From positions 32,001 through 96,000 of the IMG/VR virus record IMGVR_UViG_3300042973_000021: DNA of 64,000 nt. The stretch is one strand, 5' to 3'. Of the stretch, positions 20,801 to 28,509 are shown piece by piece. Below the pieces are notes generated by a model. It ran no database searches. It was given only the letters and a program-made list of their open reading frames with translations, and had not been told where the DNA came from. The position numbers and the translations under genes were made by a program. This stretch comes from a virus (Duplodnaviria; Caudoviricetes). The first letter of the stretch is position 1, and each line of letters starts with the position of its first letter.

Positions 20801-21387
20801 TCTCTTGTCTCCACCCACGGAGCGCCGTTCTTTTCTTCAAACACACGGCGGAATTCTTCTGTCTTTCCCTGTTTTGCGACGAACTGCTCCAGCTTTGCCA
20901 CCTTCAGGTCCTCCCCGAGAAAGCCGAGATGGTTATAGAACATCTTCGCAAAAACCTTCAGCACAGCGGTATTGTCCTTATTGCTGAAGCCTTCAATATC
21001 GATATTGAAAAGGATTGTCTCCGTCGGTGCCTTCGTCGCCTTGTCGATCAGCATGAAGGTGGCCGGATCATCCGCAAATTTCTTGCGGAACCGCTCGACC
21101 GTAGACATGCCGTTGATGGTCCTGTTTTCCAGAATATAGGAGAGCATCTTCAAGAAGTGAGATTTACCACTTCCAAAGAAGCCGGAAATCCAGACGCCGA
21201 TATCCGCTGTCGGCGTATCAAAAGCGTCGTCGTAATAATTGAAGAAGGTAATGAAATGCCGCTTCAATTCGCGCGTAATGACATACTCGTTTAATTCCTG
21301 CTCGGTTGTCGTGTCTTCCTGGTCTACTTTGATGACACCATTTATTTTTCGGTTGATGTCATCGACAAACATGTCCTGAATTCTCAT
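17872..21387 (-). CDS. brxC: BREX P-loop ATPase BrxC
   Basis: GVWISGFFGSGKSH Walker A, MVDEVGQY Walker B, YPFVPYQ; 1171 aa. Confidence 0.95.
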   Translation of the reverse strand: MRIQDMFVDDINRKINGVIKVDQEDTTTEQELNEYVITRELKRHFITFFNYYDDAFDTPTADIGVWISGFFGSGKSHFLKMLSYILENRTINGMSTVERFRKKFADDPATFMLIDKATKAPTETILFNIDIEGFSNKDNTAVLKVFAKMFYNHLGFLGEDLKVAKLEQFVAKQGKTEEFRRVFEEKNGAPWVETRESFGFFEDDVVETLEEVLGMSETAARNWFNGTETAEISIAQLVSEIKDYVNSKPKNFRLLFMVDEVGQYVGTDTNLLLNLQSLVEKVGSECGGKVWIVCTGQEAIDEIIKVRMDEFSRIQARFKTRLSLSSSAVDEVIQKRLLTKKSEAKTVLTDLYERNDYVLKNLFSFTDSVLDIKGYSGPEEFVVNYPFVPYQFILIQKIFSEIRKHGAAGKHYSGAERSMLDGFQIVAKSIEDKDEHAIAPLYPFYDSVHSFLDGSIRRVIERCQKAADNHDGIEDYDVKVLKLLYLIRYIDDVKANLDNIVILMSDDIRTDKIELRQTVQKSLDRLKSQNYIDRRGDAYIFLTDEEQDIARDIANTSVDTAKIVERIGQMIFGDIYTQKKYRYGKYDFPFDEMVDSTSIGAVTGGMTLRFLTVATDVTDKQELRLMTESKGAAIVVLADTPYYESLENAMKIRKYVKQRNVNQLAKSVQDIIRDQQDEAGKYETSAKEELEKAIAGAEFYVDGEHIEIKSGTPVSKIDQALEYLVAHVYSELDLITKNAETDADIIEILRGTNPEMAGMENNRDAAAKVEEYLEMQSMKKLPTSMDDIQTRYQKIPYGWKEIDIAAVVALLIYQQKVTIKYGGAQIRPDNPKLPDMLRKKTERGKAMISMKQSASAQKMKAAKEIMREYFDIMDVPDDQDALVKLILDKFKDQKQHYEELNSRYAGHKYPDHDKVTAAIKLMDDVLSQEKDDIALIDRLVADETKLFDSKDDMQPVEAFFKNQVTVFDSAVKMEADLRNDLPYIQKDEETNEALNQIRKITLVNGSNPAVYRQIPELNGLMDKVRAGHNKLLEEKRADLLEIVRQCLAEIHQAAGEGGEFRNVIEKADNYFTQMKSQIATTRTIVLLDGMTTQMWNYKDDTVAAIESAKKPKKPVKPVQPDQPKKHIKNCYRQAIFKQATLESEDDVNDYVERMRSYLNALLKDCDGIKLN

Positions 21388-21400
21388 TTGGCGGCTCCTC

Positions 21401-21961
21401 CTATATCACATTGAACGCCCTGTAATAAGGGTTCGGTTTTAATCGGTCAAACAGCTTCACATGCCTTCCGTCGAATGTTCCCGGATACATTACGAGAATC
21501 GGAACACCGCCGACTCTCGGCTGCAGGGCTTCCAGAAGCATATGGATACGCATGAATGGGAACACATCACCCACACCTGTCAGAAGCAGAACATCTCCCT
21601 TTTCCGGCGGCGTGCTGCAGATCTTATCTACATAGGCCTGCACATTGATGGATTTTTCGATCATCTTCTGCAGCTGATCCTTCCCGCGCTTTTTCTCCTG
21701 ATCTGCCATGCGGGAAAGAATCCTCTTGTCCTCACAGCACTGCAGGAAGATCTCATATAAATTATTTTCTTTCAGACGGCACGGCAGTGTCTGGTCTGTT
21801 AGAATCTGCCGCACGAAGTGACGGACACGCATTTCATCCCTCGCTTCATAGCAGAACATCCTGATATTTACTTCGTTGGACAAGCCGTTTCCTTCCAGAA
21901 AATCCGGGTCCTTCAGGAGATCACGCACCCTGTCCAGACGTTCATCTATATTTCCTTCCAT
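21401..21961 (-). CDS. brxB: BrxB (DUF1788)
   Basis: GLSNEV, LTGVGDVFPFMR.H, YPG.FDG, NPYYRAF. Confidence 0.9.
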   Translation of the reverse strand: MEGNIDERLDRVRDLLKDPDFLEGNGLSNEVNIRMFCYEARDEMRVRHFVRQILTDQTLPCRLKENNLYEIFLQCCEDKRILSRMADQEKKRGKDQLQKMIEKSINVQAYVDKICSTPPEKGDVLLLTGVGDVFPFMRIHMLLEALQPRVGGVPILVMYPGTFDGRHVKLFDRLKPNPYYRAFNVI

Positions 21962-21969
21962 GTTTCCTC

Positions 21970-22599
21970 CTACGACAGGCAGTTGAAGGCTGGCAGAGCC
22001 TCCGTCGTCCCGTCGTTCCTGATCGCGTTTTCAAGTACCGGGCTAATCAGCACCGGATTCAGATGATCCGCCTTCGTGCTGTCCAGATATTCATTCTCTA
22101 CGAGTGTTTTCGTCAGCACCTGCCGAACCTTCGTAATAGTGGAATCACTCCACGTGGCCACCCAGTCGTCCTGCTCCTGCAGCCGCATGAAGAATGTGTT
22201 CAGATCCACCCTGCCGAACGAGCTGTCGAGTTTCTGATATTTCTCTCCGATGACCGTCAGCATAAAGTCCCATACCAGACGGTACTGCCGCATCATGGCA
22301 TACAGACAGATCTGCTTTGCCACATCACTCGGCTGCGTCGCAATGGCCGTAACAAGCGAATCGTCCTCCATTGCTTCAAGCCTCCGGATGCAGGCAAGCG
22401 CCATCTTACGGACGGACTTTTCCGTCGGATACTGAAACAGATTCTCCGACACGATGTGTTCAACCACAGCATCCTTATCAAGCCCGTCGTTTACGAGCTT
22501 TGCCGTAGTACGCATTTCATAAAACAAAAACTGTTCCCGCGTAATCGCGGCATTATAAGGACTGGCTTCTTTGAGTGCCTTGTTTGTACTTTGCGGCAT
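21970..22599 (-). CDS. brxA: BrxA (DUF1819)
   Basis: Y.A.IT.E.F...E, ENLFQ, WSDSTI.K; canonical position upstream of brxB. Start codon approximate. Confidence 0.88.
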   Translation of the reverse strand: MPQSTNKALKEASPYNAAITREQFLFYEMRTTAKLVNDGLDKDAVVEHIVSENLFQYPTEKSVRKMALACIRRLEAMEDDSLVTAIATQPSDVAKQICLYAMMRQYRLVWDFMLTVIGEKYQKLDSSFGRVDLNTFFMRLQEQDDWVATWSDSTITKVRQVLTKTLVENEYLDSTKADHLNPVLISPVLENAIRNDGTTEALPAFNCLS

Positions 22600-22843
22600 T
22601 CTTCTTTTCCTCCGGTTTATTGGCGGCTCCCTTTTCATCATCATCCGGAACCGTTTCTACAATTTCATTAATATTGCAGTTCAATGCTTCGCAGATCTTC
22701 AAAAGCACATCGGTCGTCAGGTTTTCGCCTTTGCCGAGCTTCGCAAGGGAAGCTGTGCTGATCCCACTTAATTCCCGCAAATCCTTCTTTGACATTTCCC
22801 GTTTTGCAAGTATTACCCATAAGGGTCTGTAACTGATACGCAT
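22553..22843 (-). CDS. XRE/Cro-C1 family HTH regulator
   Basis: ISYRPLW..L..R.MSKKDL....GIS..SLAKLGKGEN.TT.VL.KIC.AL.C pattern; GGAGGT RBS. Confidence 0.85.
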   Translation of the reverse strand: MRISYRPLWVILAKREMSKKDLRELSGISTASLAKLGKGENLTTDVLLKICEALNCNINEIVETVPDDDEKGAANKPEEKKNAAKYKQGTQRSQSL

Positions 22844-22859
22844 ACGCACCTCCATCAGT

Positions 22860-24575
22860 TTATTTCTCGTCATCCTCTGACGGCACTTCGCCCGACTCGT
22901 TTTCTGTCTTCTTAGCCCATGACCATCCGAACAGCTCTCCGCCATCGCTATGAAGTTCGATCACGCGGGTATCGTAGACTGTCTTTGCTGTATATTCCGT
23001 AAACGCCTTATGCTTATCGAACGATATGAAGACCTGCTTCCCGCTGTTCACGTAGAGCTGCATGATCTTATCAATCGGCAGGTCAGCTATGTTCTTGAAG
23101 ATCAGGGAGTCATGAACGATAAACGGAAGCTCCGTAGTCTTGAATACACTCAGGTCAAAAATGATGAGATTCTTATAATTTTCTCCTGTGCCAGAATTCC
23201 AGTCACAGCCGAATGTATATTTCGGATTTCCATTCTTTGCATCTGAGAATTTAATCTCAGGAGCATACTGTTTTCCATCGTATATAAAGTCGTTCATCCG
23301 GACCATTTCCTGATTGATTATGGTCTGAATGGTATCCAGCTGGCTCTTTCTGGCATCCTCCATGCGGGTCTTGGCGTCTTTAGTCTCATTGGCAAGTTTC
23401 TGGGATTCATCATATCCTTCATTCTGCGTTTTCAGGAAATTGATCCTGCTGCGCAGCCGGACCGTTTCATCCAGAAACTTCTTCGAGACATGTGTCGGAA
23501 CACCAAGCTTACGCTGTTCTTCCTCCAGCCGCTGCATTTCCTTCGTAGATTCAGCGATGAGAGCTTCCAGCCTCTGTACTTCTTCCGACATCTCATCCGT
23601 CAGGATGGTCTGCATCTTCTTATGGAAATGTTCGATGGTTTCGAGCTTTTCAATATCGGCGTCAGGGAAGAACTCCCGAAGGTCCTGAATATCGTCGGAT
23701 GTTGGCGTCAGGCCTTCCTCAAGGTTTGCCTTGACGGCATTCAGCTGCGATACGAGCCTTGTTCTGCGCCGCTTAAGGACAGTGATCTGTCCCTTGATTT
23801 CCGCTGCCTTATCAAGCTGAGCGGTATCCGCCTCCGCGAGAGAACTGTCTTCTTTATCAAGAAGCTCCTCCAGCTGCTTTTCGAGTTCTTCGATTTCCTT
23901 GGTATTGGCCTTGACCTGTTTCTTCGTCCTCGCAACGGTTACAATTTCTCCCAGATTGGTGGCGGTTATTCTGACGGTTTTGCGTTTGTTCTTTGCTTTG
24001 TAGAAATCCTCATACTCCTTCACAAGGTCATAAACGCCGTAGATCTGCTCCAGCGCCTTAATCGCATCCGCATCCGGCTCTTTGCCATATTGCAGCGGAA
24101 ACTCCTCGCTGTAATTATGCCTGCCGTAGATTCTCGCGAAGCGTCCTACCAGGCTGCGCCAGCTGCACTGCGCTGTCTGAATTTGATAGGAGGCAAAGAG
24201 ATGATCCTGAAAATCAGTCAGCGGCATCGGATCGCCGATCTCGTTATAATTCTCATCGCATATACTGACATGAGTAGGGTCCAGCGTGCTTCTGGAATAA
24301 TACTCGATACGCTCTCCAAACTTGAAAGCGAACTTGATGACGTGGTTTCCGACAAATTTGACTACGTTATTTTTTGTTTTCTCACTGTCCAGATAATCGC
24401 CGCCGCCAAAGCAGAAATCCACTGCCAGAAGAAAAGTGGATTTTCCGATGGAGTTTTCACCCTGCTTATCGCCAAGGACAGTGTTCAGACCCGGTCGGAA
24501 CCTAATCCGTCCTCTCGGGACACGCTGCCCGTTTATGGTTTCAGCGAACTGGTCGCATTCTATTTCATACAACAT
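22860..24575 (-). CDS. SMC/Rad50-like ABC ATPase, DUF2326 type (Lamassu LmuB-like)
   Basis: GLNTVLG....NSIGKST Walker A, central coiled coil, GTGENYK signature region, FIVHDS Walker B. Confidence 0.8.
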   Translation of the reverse strand: MLYEIECDQFAETINGQRVPRGRIRFRPGLNTVLGDKQGENSIGKSTFLLAVDFCFGGGDYLDSEKTKNNVVKFVGNHVIKFAFKFGERIEYYSRSTLDPTHVSICDENYNEIGDPMPLTDFQDHLFASYQIQTAQCSWRSLVGRFARIYGRHNYSEEFPLQYGKEPDADAIKALEQIYGVYDLVKEYEDFYKAKNKRKTVRITATNLGEIVTVARTKKQVKANTKEIEELEKQLEELLDKEDSSLAEADTAQLDKAAEIKGQITVLKRRRTRLVSQLNAVKANLEEGLTPTSDDIQDLREFFPDADIEKLETIEHFHKKMQTILTDEMSEEVQRLEALIAESTKEMQRLEEEQRKLGVPTHVSKKFLDETVRLRSRINFLKTQNEGYDESQKLANETKDAKTRMEDARKSQLDTIQTIINQEMVRMNDFIYDGKQYAPEIKFSDAKNGNPKYTFGCDWNSGTGENYKNLIIFDLSVFKTTELPFIVHDSLIFKNIADLPIDKIMQLYVNSGKQVFISFDKHKAFTEYTAKTVYDTRVIELHSDGGELFGWSWAKKTENESGEVPSEDDEK

Positions 24576-24792
24576 AGCGCAGTACTTCCTCATTTTCGTC
24601 GTATTCAATCTTTCTAAGTGCATATAAGCAGTCGAGCACATCTATGAATTCATTTACGCCGTCCATCTTCTTTATCACGCGCCGGTACAGCTCATGCACG
24701 CTTAAAGGCTCTTTCCGCAGTTCCTTCAGCACGACAGGGAACTTGGAAAGTGTGCTCTCGTTATATGAGTAAAGCTTATTCGGCAATAACAT
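24565..24792 (-). CDS. ABC three-component system middle component (LmuC-like)
   Basis: 75 aa, MLLPNK..SY.ES.L...LD.LYAL..I pattern; overlaps both neighbours. Confidence 0.75.
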   Translation of the reverse strand: MLLPNKLYSYNESTLSKFPVVLKELRKEPLSVHELYRRVIKKMDGVNEFIDVLDCLYALRKIEYDENEEVLRYVV

Positions 24793-25912
24793 CGAATGCC
24801 TCACATTTCTGCGTGAAATATGCGATGACGATCTCGCAGTCACGCCATTTTTCATTTGTTGCGTCATACAGCCACTTCGTCATCTCATAAAAGATCTGGT
24901 CCTGACTGTATCCCTTATCTCGGAAACTCACATACATATACCGAACCTGCTGGCAGAACGGATTAAACCGCAGCTTGCCCTCACGCCCCATCTCCTGAAA
25001 GACCTCATGGACGTCATTGAAATAAACATTCACATCTGTCTTGATACGAAGATACAGTGCAAAATCGCTTATTTTCTGTTTCACAGGAACCGGATCGTAA
25101 TTCAGGTCAATATCTGTGGGAGGCGTGATGAAAGGGATCTTTTCTATTACGCGCCGGACGCCTTCCTGCACATGTTGATCGGCTCGAATTTCCTGATCTT
25201 CATGAGCATTGATTAGAGACTCCTTTATTTCCATCATCCGGGAAATATCATCAGGAGTCTTAAGAGCAGCGTACTTTGCCGCGCATTCCGGGCAAAGCGC
25301 GATTAGATTGGATGGCTCATTGGAAGAATTGCTCGGATCAATAACTGCGACGTCATAGATCAGCTCGGTATGTCCGTCACGGTATGTAAAAAGTGATTTC
25401 TGGCATCCGTCATTTGGGCATACACTTCCGGTTTCTGCAACGAGGCCTATACCGTATTTTTCTTTCAATGTTGCCATCTGAATGGCAGGGACACCGCCGC
25501 TTGTTGCTGCAAGGGTGGTGTCTTTTGTTTTTGGTGCAGCCGCATGGTCGATGATGTCCTTGAACCGAGCTGCTATGCATGAGCAGTAATTACTGCTGTC
25601 AATGTCAGGAAACCACGGCTTAAACGAATCAAAGAGATACTCAATCGTGTCATCGGAATCCGTCTGAATGTATTTAGCAAAATTCCCGGTATCGAGAGAG
25701 CCGGAAATCTTGGAGGCGAGTTCCGATATGTCATTCTGTCCGTAGTAGTAGGCCTTATAAGTCCGTGGCAGGGTTTCATCAACGGGATCGTCTTCAGATT
25801 CTGGCAAATAGATCTTTTCAAATAATTCTTTGGCAAAAACCTCAACTTTTCTGTTCCGCCGATACTTCGTCGAAAGCAGCTTCGCGAAGATTTCGAATTC
25901 AGTATCTGCCAA
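24776..25912 (-). CDS. ABC three-component/Lamassu effector (LmuA-like): HNH-like zinc finger plus C-terminal domain
   Basis: CPNDGC...N..SNLIALCPEC; C-terminal Q.QIF.EM..W...CEIVIAYF.Q.CE.F; AGGAGG RBS before TTG 25912. Confidence 0.75.
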   Translation of the reverse strand: MADTEFEIFAKLLSTKYRRNRKVEVFAKELFEKIYLPESEDDPVDETLPRTYKAYYYGQNDISELASKISGSLDTGNFAKYIQTDSDDTIEYLFDSFKPWFPDIDSSNYCSCIAARFKDIIDHAAAPKTKDTTLAATSGGVPAIQMATLKEKYGIGLVAETGSVCPNDGCQKSLFTYRDGHTELIYDVAVIDPSNSSNEPSNLIALCPECAAKYAALKTPDDISRMMEIKESLINAHEDQEIRADQHVQEGVRRVIEKIPFITPPTDIDLNYDPVPVKQKISDFALYLRIKTDVNVYFNDVHEVFQEMGREGKLRFNPFCQQVRYMYVSFRDKGYSQDQIFYEMTKWLYDATNEKWRDCEIVIAYFTQKCEAFDVIAE

Positions 25913-25936
25913 TAGAGATCCCTCCTTCCATGCGTA

Positions 25937-25966
25937 CATGTACGGTCATGTACAGTCGTGTACTCT
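25937..25966. repeat. Three tandem 10-bp repeats with a TGTAC core (operator-like)
   Basis: CATGTACGGT CATGTACAGT CGTGTACTCT, just upstream of the effector RBS. Confidence 0.6.
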
Positions 25967-26050
25967 CGGGAGCGGTGAAAAATGCCGTTTCCCGTATACT
26001 CAAGATACAGGAAGGAGATGAACCGTCCGACATGAAACCGATGCTATTTA

Positions 26051-26079
26051 ATTTTACCACAGTTTCGCACGATGGTCAA
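26051..26079 (-). promoter_or_regulatory. Sigma-A-type promoter for the defence operon
   Basis: TTGACC-17 nt-TAAAAT with an extended TG, pointing into the operon. Confidence 0.7.
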
Positions 26080-26144
26080 TCTTAAATTCGTCATCGCAAA
26101 TTATTTTACAGCGATGCAACAATTTATTCATTTCCTGTAACGCG

Positions 26145-26375
26145 TCCCGAGCACGACGTTAAAAGGCTCTCCTGAACCTGACTCACCTTCTTCGTGGCCA
26201 CGAGGTGTGTTCGTAGTCAGGCGATGGAAAGACAAATGAATAGAGTGCCAGCTTACGAACGGCTGGTCACCGAAATGAGGCGGAGCAATCCGCATGAGGT
26301 GACCGACGATGTCTAACACAACTGGCAGCCATATGGGTGGTCTCCGCCTCGGTTTGAAAACCGAAAGGAGATCGC
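26145..26375 (+). ncRNA. Candidate structured leader RNA upstream of the sigma-like gene
   Basis: Series of nested hairpins including a GCAA tetraloop; the last stem pairs with the RBS. Confidence 0.4.
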
Positions 26376-26379
26376 TTAT

Positions 26380-27033
26380 ATGGCAATCAAAGACAACAAC
26401 TGGAAATCTTACAATGACGCGCCGCTGAAGGATGGCGAGGTTCTCGTACCTCAGCTGGTAAGCAAGGAGTACGCAATGGGCCTCAAGGCCAATATGTCGA
26501 ACCTGAGAACGTGGGAAAAAAGCGGCATCAGTTATCTGGTGATGTTCATCCCGGTGCCAAAAGATCAGGAGAAGCAGGCATGGTCTATCTTCAATGTTGA
26601 GGTGAACGAACTTCTCGATGAGAAGCTCGGGCCGAACAGATTCAGCCGTTGCATGGTCCCGCAGCCGGATGGCAGCAAGAATCCCTGCCCGAAGAAAAAT
26701 GGCAATAATCATGAATGCTGTGCCAACTGCCCGTTCCGTAATATTTACGAGAAGGAAGATCGCAGCATGGTGTACTGGAGTCAGCTTGAGGAAACCGAAT
26801 ATGCTGGAGGCGTTGAATCTCACGCCGATGATGATTATAAGGTCGAGGCCCTTCTGGAAGACCTGATCAACGAACTTGAACAAAAGAATCCGAAGCTCGC
26901 ACGTATCGTCACTCTCGGTTACGCCGGGTACAGCAAGGCAGAAATCTTCGAAATGATCGGCGTTCAGAAGACGCAGGGATATGACCTGTTCAAAGAAGCC
27001 GAACGTCTGACGAAGGAGTTCCTGTTCGACTAA
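26380..27033 (+). CDS. Sigma-70 region 4-like (ECF-like) regulator with a Cys-rich insert
   Basis: RC...CP...CC..CPF cluster and C-terminal HTH (GYSKAEIFEMIGV); AAGGAG RBS. Confidence 0.65.
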   Translation: MAIKDNNWKSYNDAPLKDGEVLVPQLVSKEYAMGLKANMSNLRTWEKSGISYLVMFIPVPKDQEKQAWSIFNVEVNELLDEKLGPNRFSRCMVPQPDGSKNPCPKKNGNNHECCANCPFRNIYEKEDRSMVYWSQLEETEYAGGVESHADDDYKVEALLEDLINELEQKNPKLARIVTLGYAGYSKAEIFEMIGVQKTQGYDLFKEAERLTKEFLFD

Positions 27034-27064
27034 TCGCTGAATTGAGATAATCTGTGCTGATTGG

Positions 27065-27111
27065 GCCGGATGCCTGACGCTGCGAAAGCGGCTGACGGTG
27101 TCCGGCCTTTT
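27065..27111 (+). terminator. Intrinsic terminator after the sigma-like gene
   Basis: GGCCGGATGCC/GGTGTCCGGCC stem followed by a T-tract. Confidence 0.6.
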
Positions 27112-27222
27112 CTGTACCCGTACCCATAAACGATAGGCATACAATCACACGGTAAAAGGCTATCGTGTGATTATGGTTTCATTTCGCTTTCCTGACGCTC
27201 CGGACGTAAAAAGAGCAGCGGC

Positions 27223-28092
27223 TCAGACACATTCAATCTGAATACCGCTGCCGCTAAAAACCGCAGAAACGCTTGATTTGTCGGTGTTTTTCACATATAT
27301 GCTATCGCTTGATTGTATCAAAATCGCGAGTCTTAGGTTCTGCAATATCTTTTTCAGTGTTTCTGGTCTCCATTTGGCTTTGCCTGCCGCTGTAAGAATA
27401 CCGTCTGTTTCCAGCCCTCTTGCTATCTGTAAAAGGCTTGCTCCCTCAAGGTACTCTCTGTAAATCCGTTTAACAACCTCAGCACCCTTTGGTTCAATCA
27501 CTAGCTGCTTATTTTCATCCTTGGTGTATCCAAGGAAACGCTTGTGGTTGACCTGTACTTCACCTTGTTGATAGCGATACTGAATACCTAGCTTAACGTT
27601 CTGGCTTAAGGATTGGCTTTCTTGTTGGGCAAGGGATGCCATAATGGTCAGCAAGATTTCCCCCTTGGAATCCATGGTGTTGATATTCTCTTTCTCGAAG
27701 AACACAGCAACGTTTTTATCCTTTAATTGACGGATGTATTTAAGGCAGTCCAACGTGTTTCTAGCGAATCGGCTGATGGATTTTGTGATAATCATATCAA
27801 TATTGCCCGCCATACACTCTTCAATCATGCGGTTGAATTCATCACGCTTTTTGGTATTTGTACCTGTGATACCGTCATCCGCAAAAATTCCTGCCAATTC
27901 CCATTCCTTGTTCTTCTTAATATAATTTGTATAATGTTCAATCTGAATGTCATAGCTTGAAGCTTGCTCCTCACTATCCGTTGAAACACGACAGTAAGCA
28001 GCCACTCGTATTTTTGATTTGCTTTCACTATTTTTATTATTTCCAACCCGTTTAATTGCCGGAATCACTGTTACATTCCTACTTACCGCCAC
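27223..28092 (-). pseudogene. Large serine recombinase, C-terminally truncated
   Basis: AAYCRVST catalytic Ser and KSISRFARN. Similarity stops at ILQN (residue ~252) where the neighbouring paralog continues NEKY.GD..LQK; zinc ribbon and coiled coil are missing. Confidence 0.8.
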
Positions 28093-28095
28093 TTG

Positions 28096-28509
28096 TTAGA
28101 CCTCACTTTCTATCAAACTGTAGGCATATTCTGCCTGCTTATATGGATCTTCATATTTTTGCACCAGAGGTTTTGCTTTGAACTTTACAGGGTAATCCCT
28201 TTCCGGTTCATCTTTAGGCTCCCATATCCTTCCGAGCTTTTCTGCTCGTTTTCGTTTTTCTACTCTGGCTTTTTCAAAGGTCTCTTCATCAATAATTGGA
28301 GGGTAGAATTCATCGCCCAAGTAATGCTTGTTCTGCAACATCTTACTTGCTGTGGCATGGTAGCAGTCTAGCCCAGCTTTTTTAGCAGCGCCCTTCAAAG
28401 AAAGTCCTGCTAAGTACCCTGAAAATAATTCTCTTACTTTTTCTGCTGCTATATCATCCACAACAGCCTTTCCATCTTCAATTCTATATCCATAGGGTGT
28501 GTGACCCAT
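28096..28509 (-). CDS. Small recombinase-domain accessory protein
   Basis: HTPYGY.I.DG, N.HYLGDEFYP.II; middle gene of the triple recombinase cassette. Confidence 0.8.
   Translation of the reverse strand: MGHTPYGYRIEDGKAVVDDIAAEKVRELFSGYLAGLSLKGAAKKAGLDCYHATASKMLQNKHYLGDEFYPPIIDEETFEKARVEKRKRAEKLGRIWEPKDEPERDYPVKFKAKPLVQKYEDPYKQAEYAYSLIESEV

Larger units (their letters stand above)
1..27250. mobile_element. Prophage-like element 1 (replication, defence and regulator end); continues beyond the left edge
   Basis: Phage replication genes, defence cargo and own regulator; higher GC than the right half; right boundary approximate. Confidence 0.6.

Noticed and set aside
10430-24617. Long plus-strand ORFs (10430-11734, 13540-14304, 17755-19557, 19978-21294, 23490-24617)
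   Set aside because: Antisense shadows of the BREX and ATPase genes, with no recognisable motifs
26128-27144. 338-aa minus-strand ORF
   Set aside because: Shadow of the sigma-like gene and its leader; no RBS or motifs
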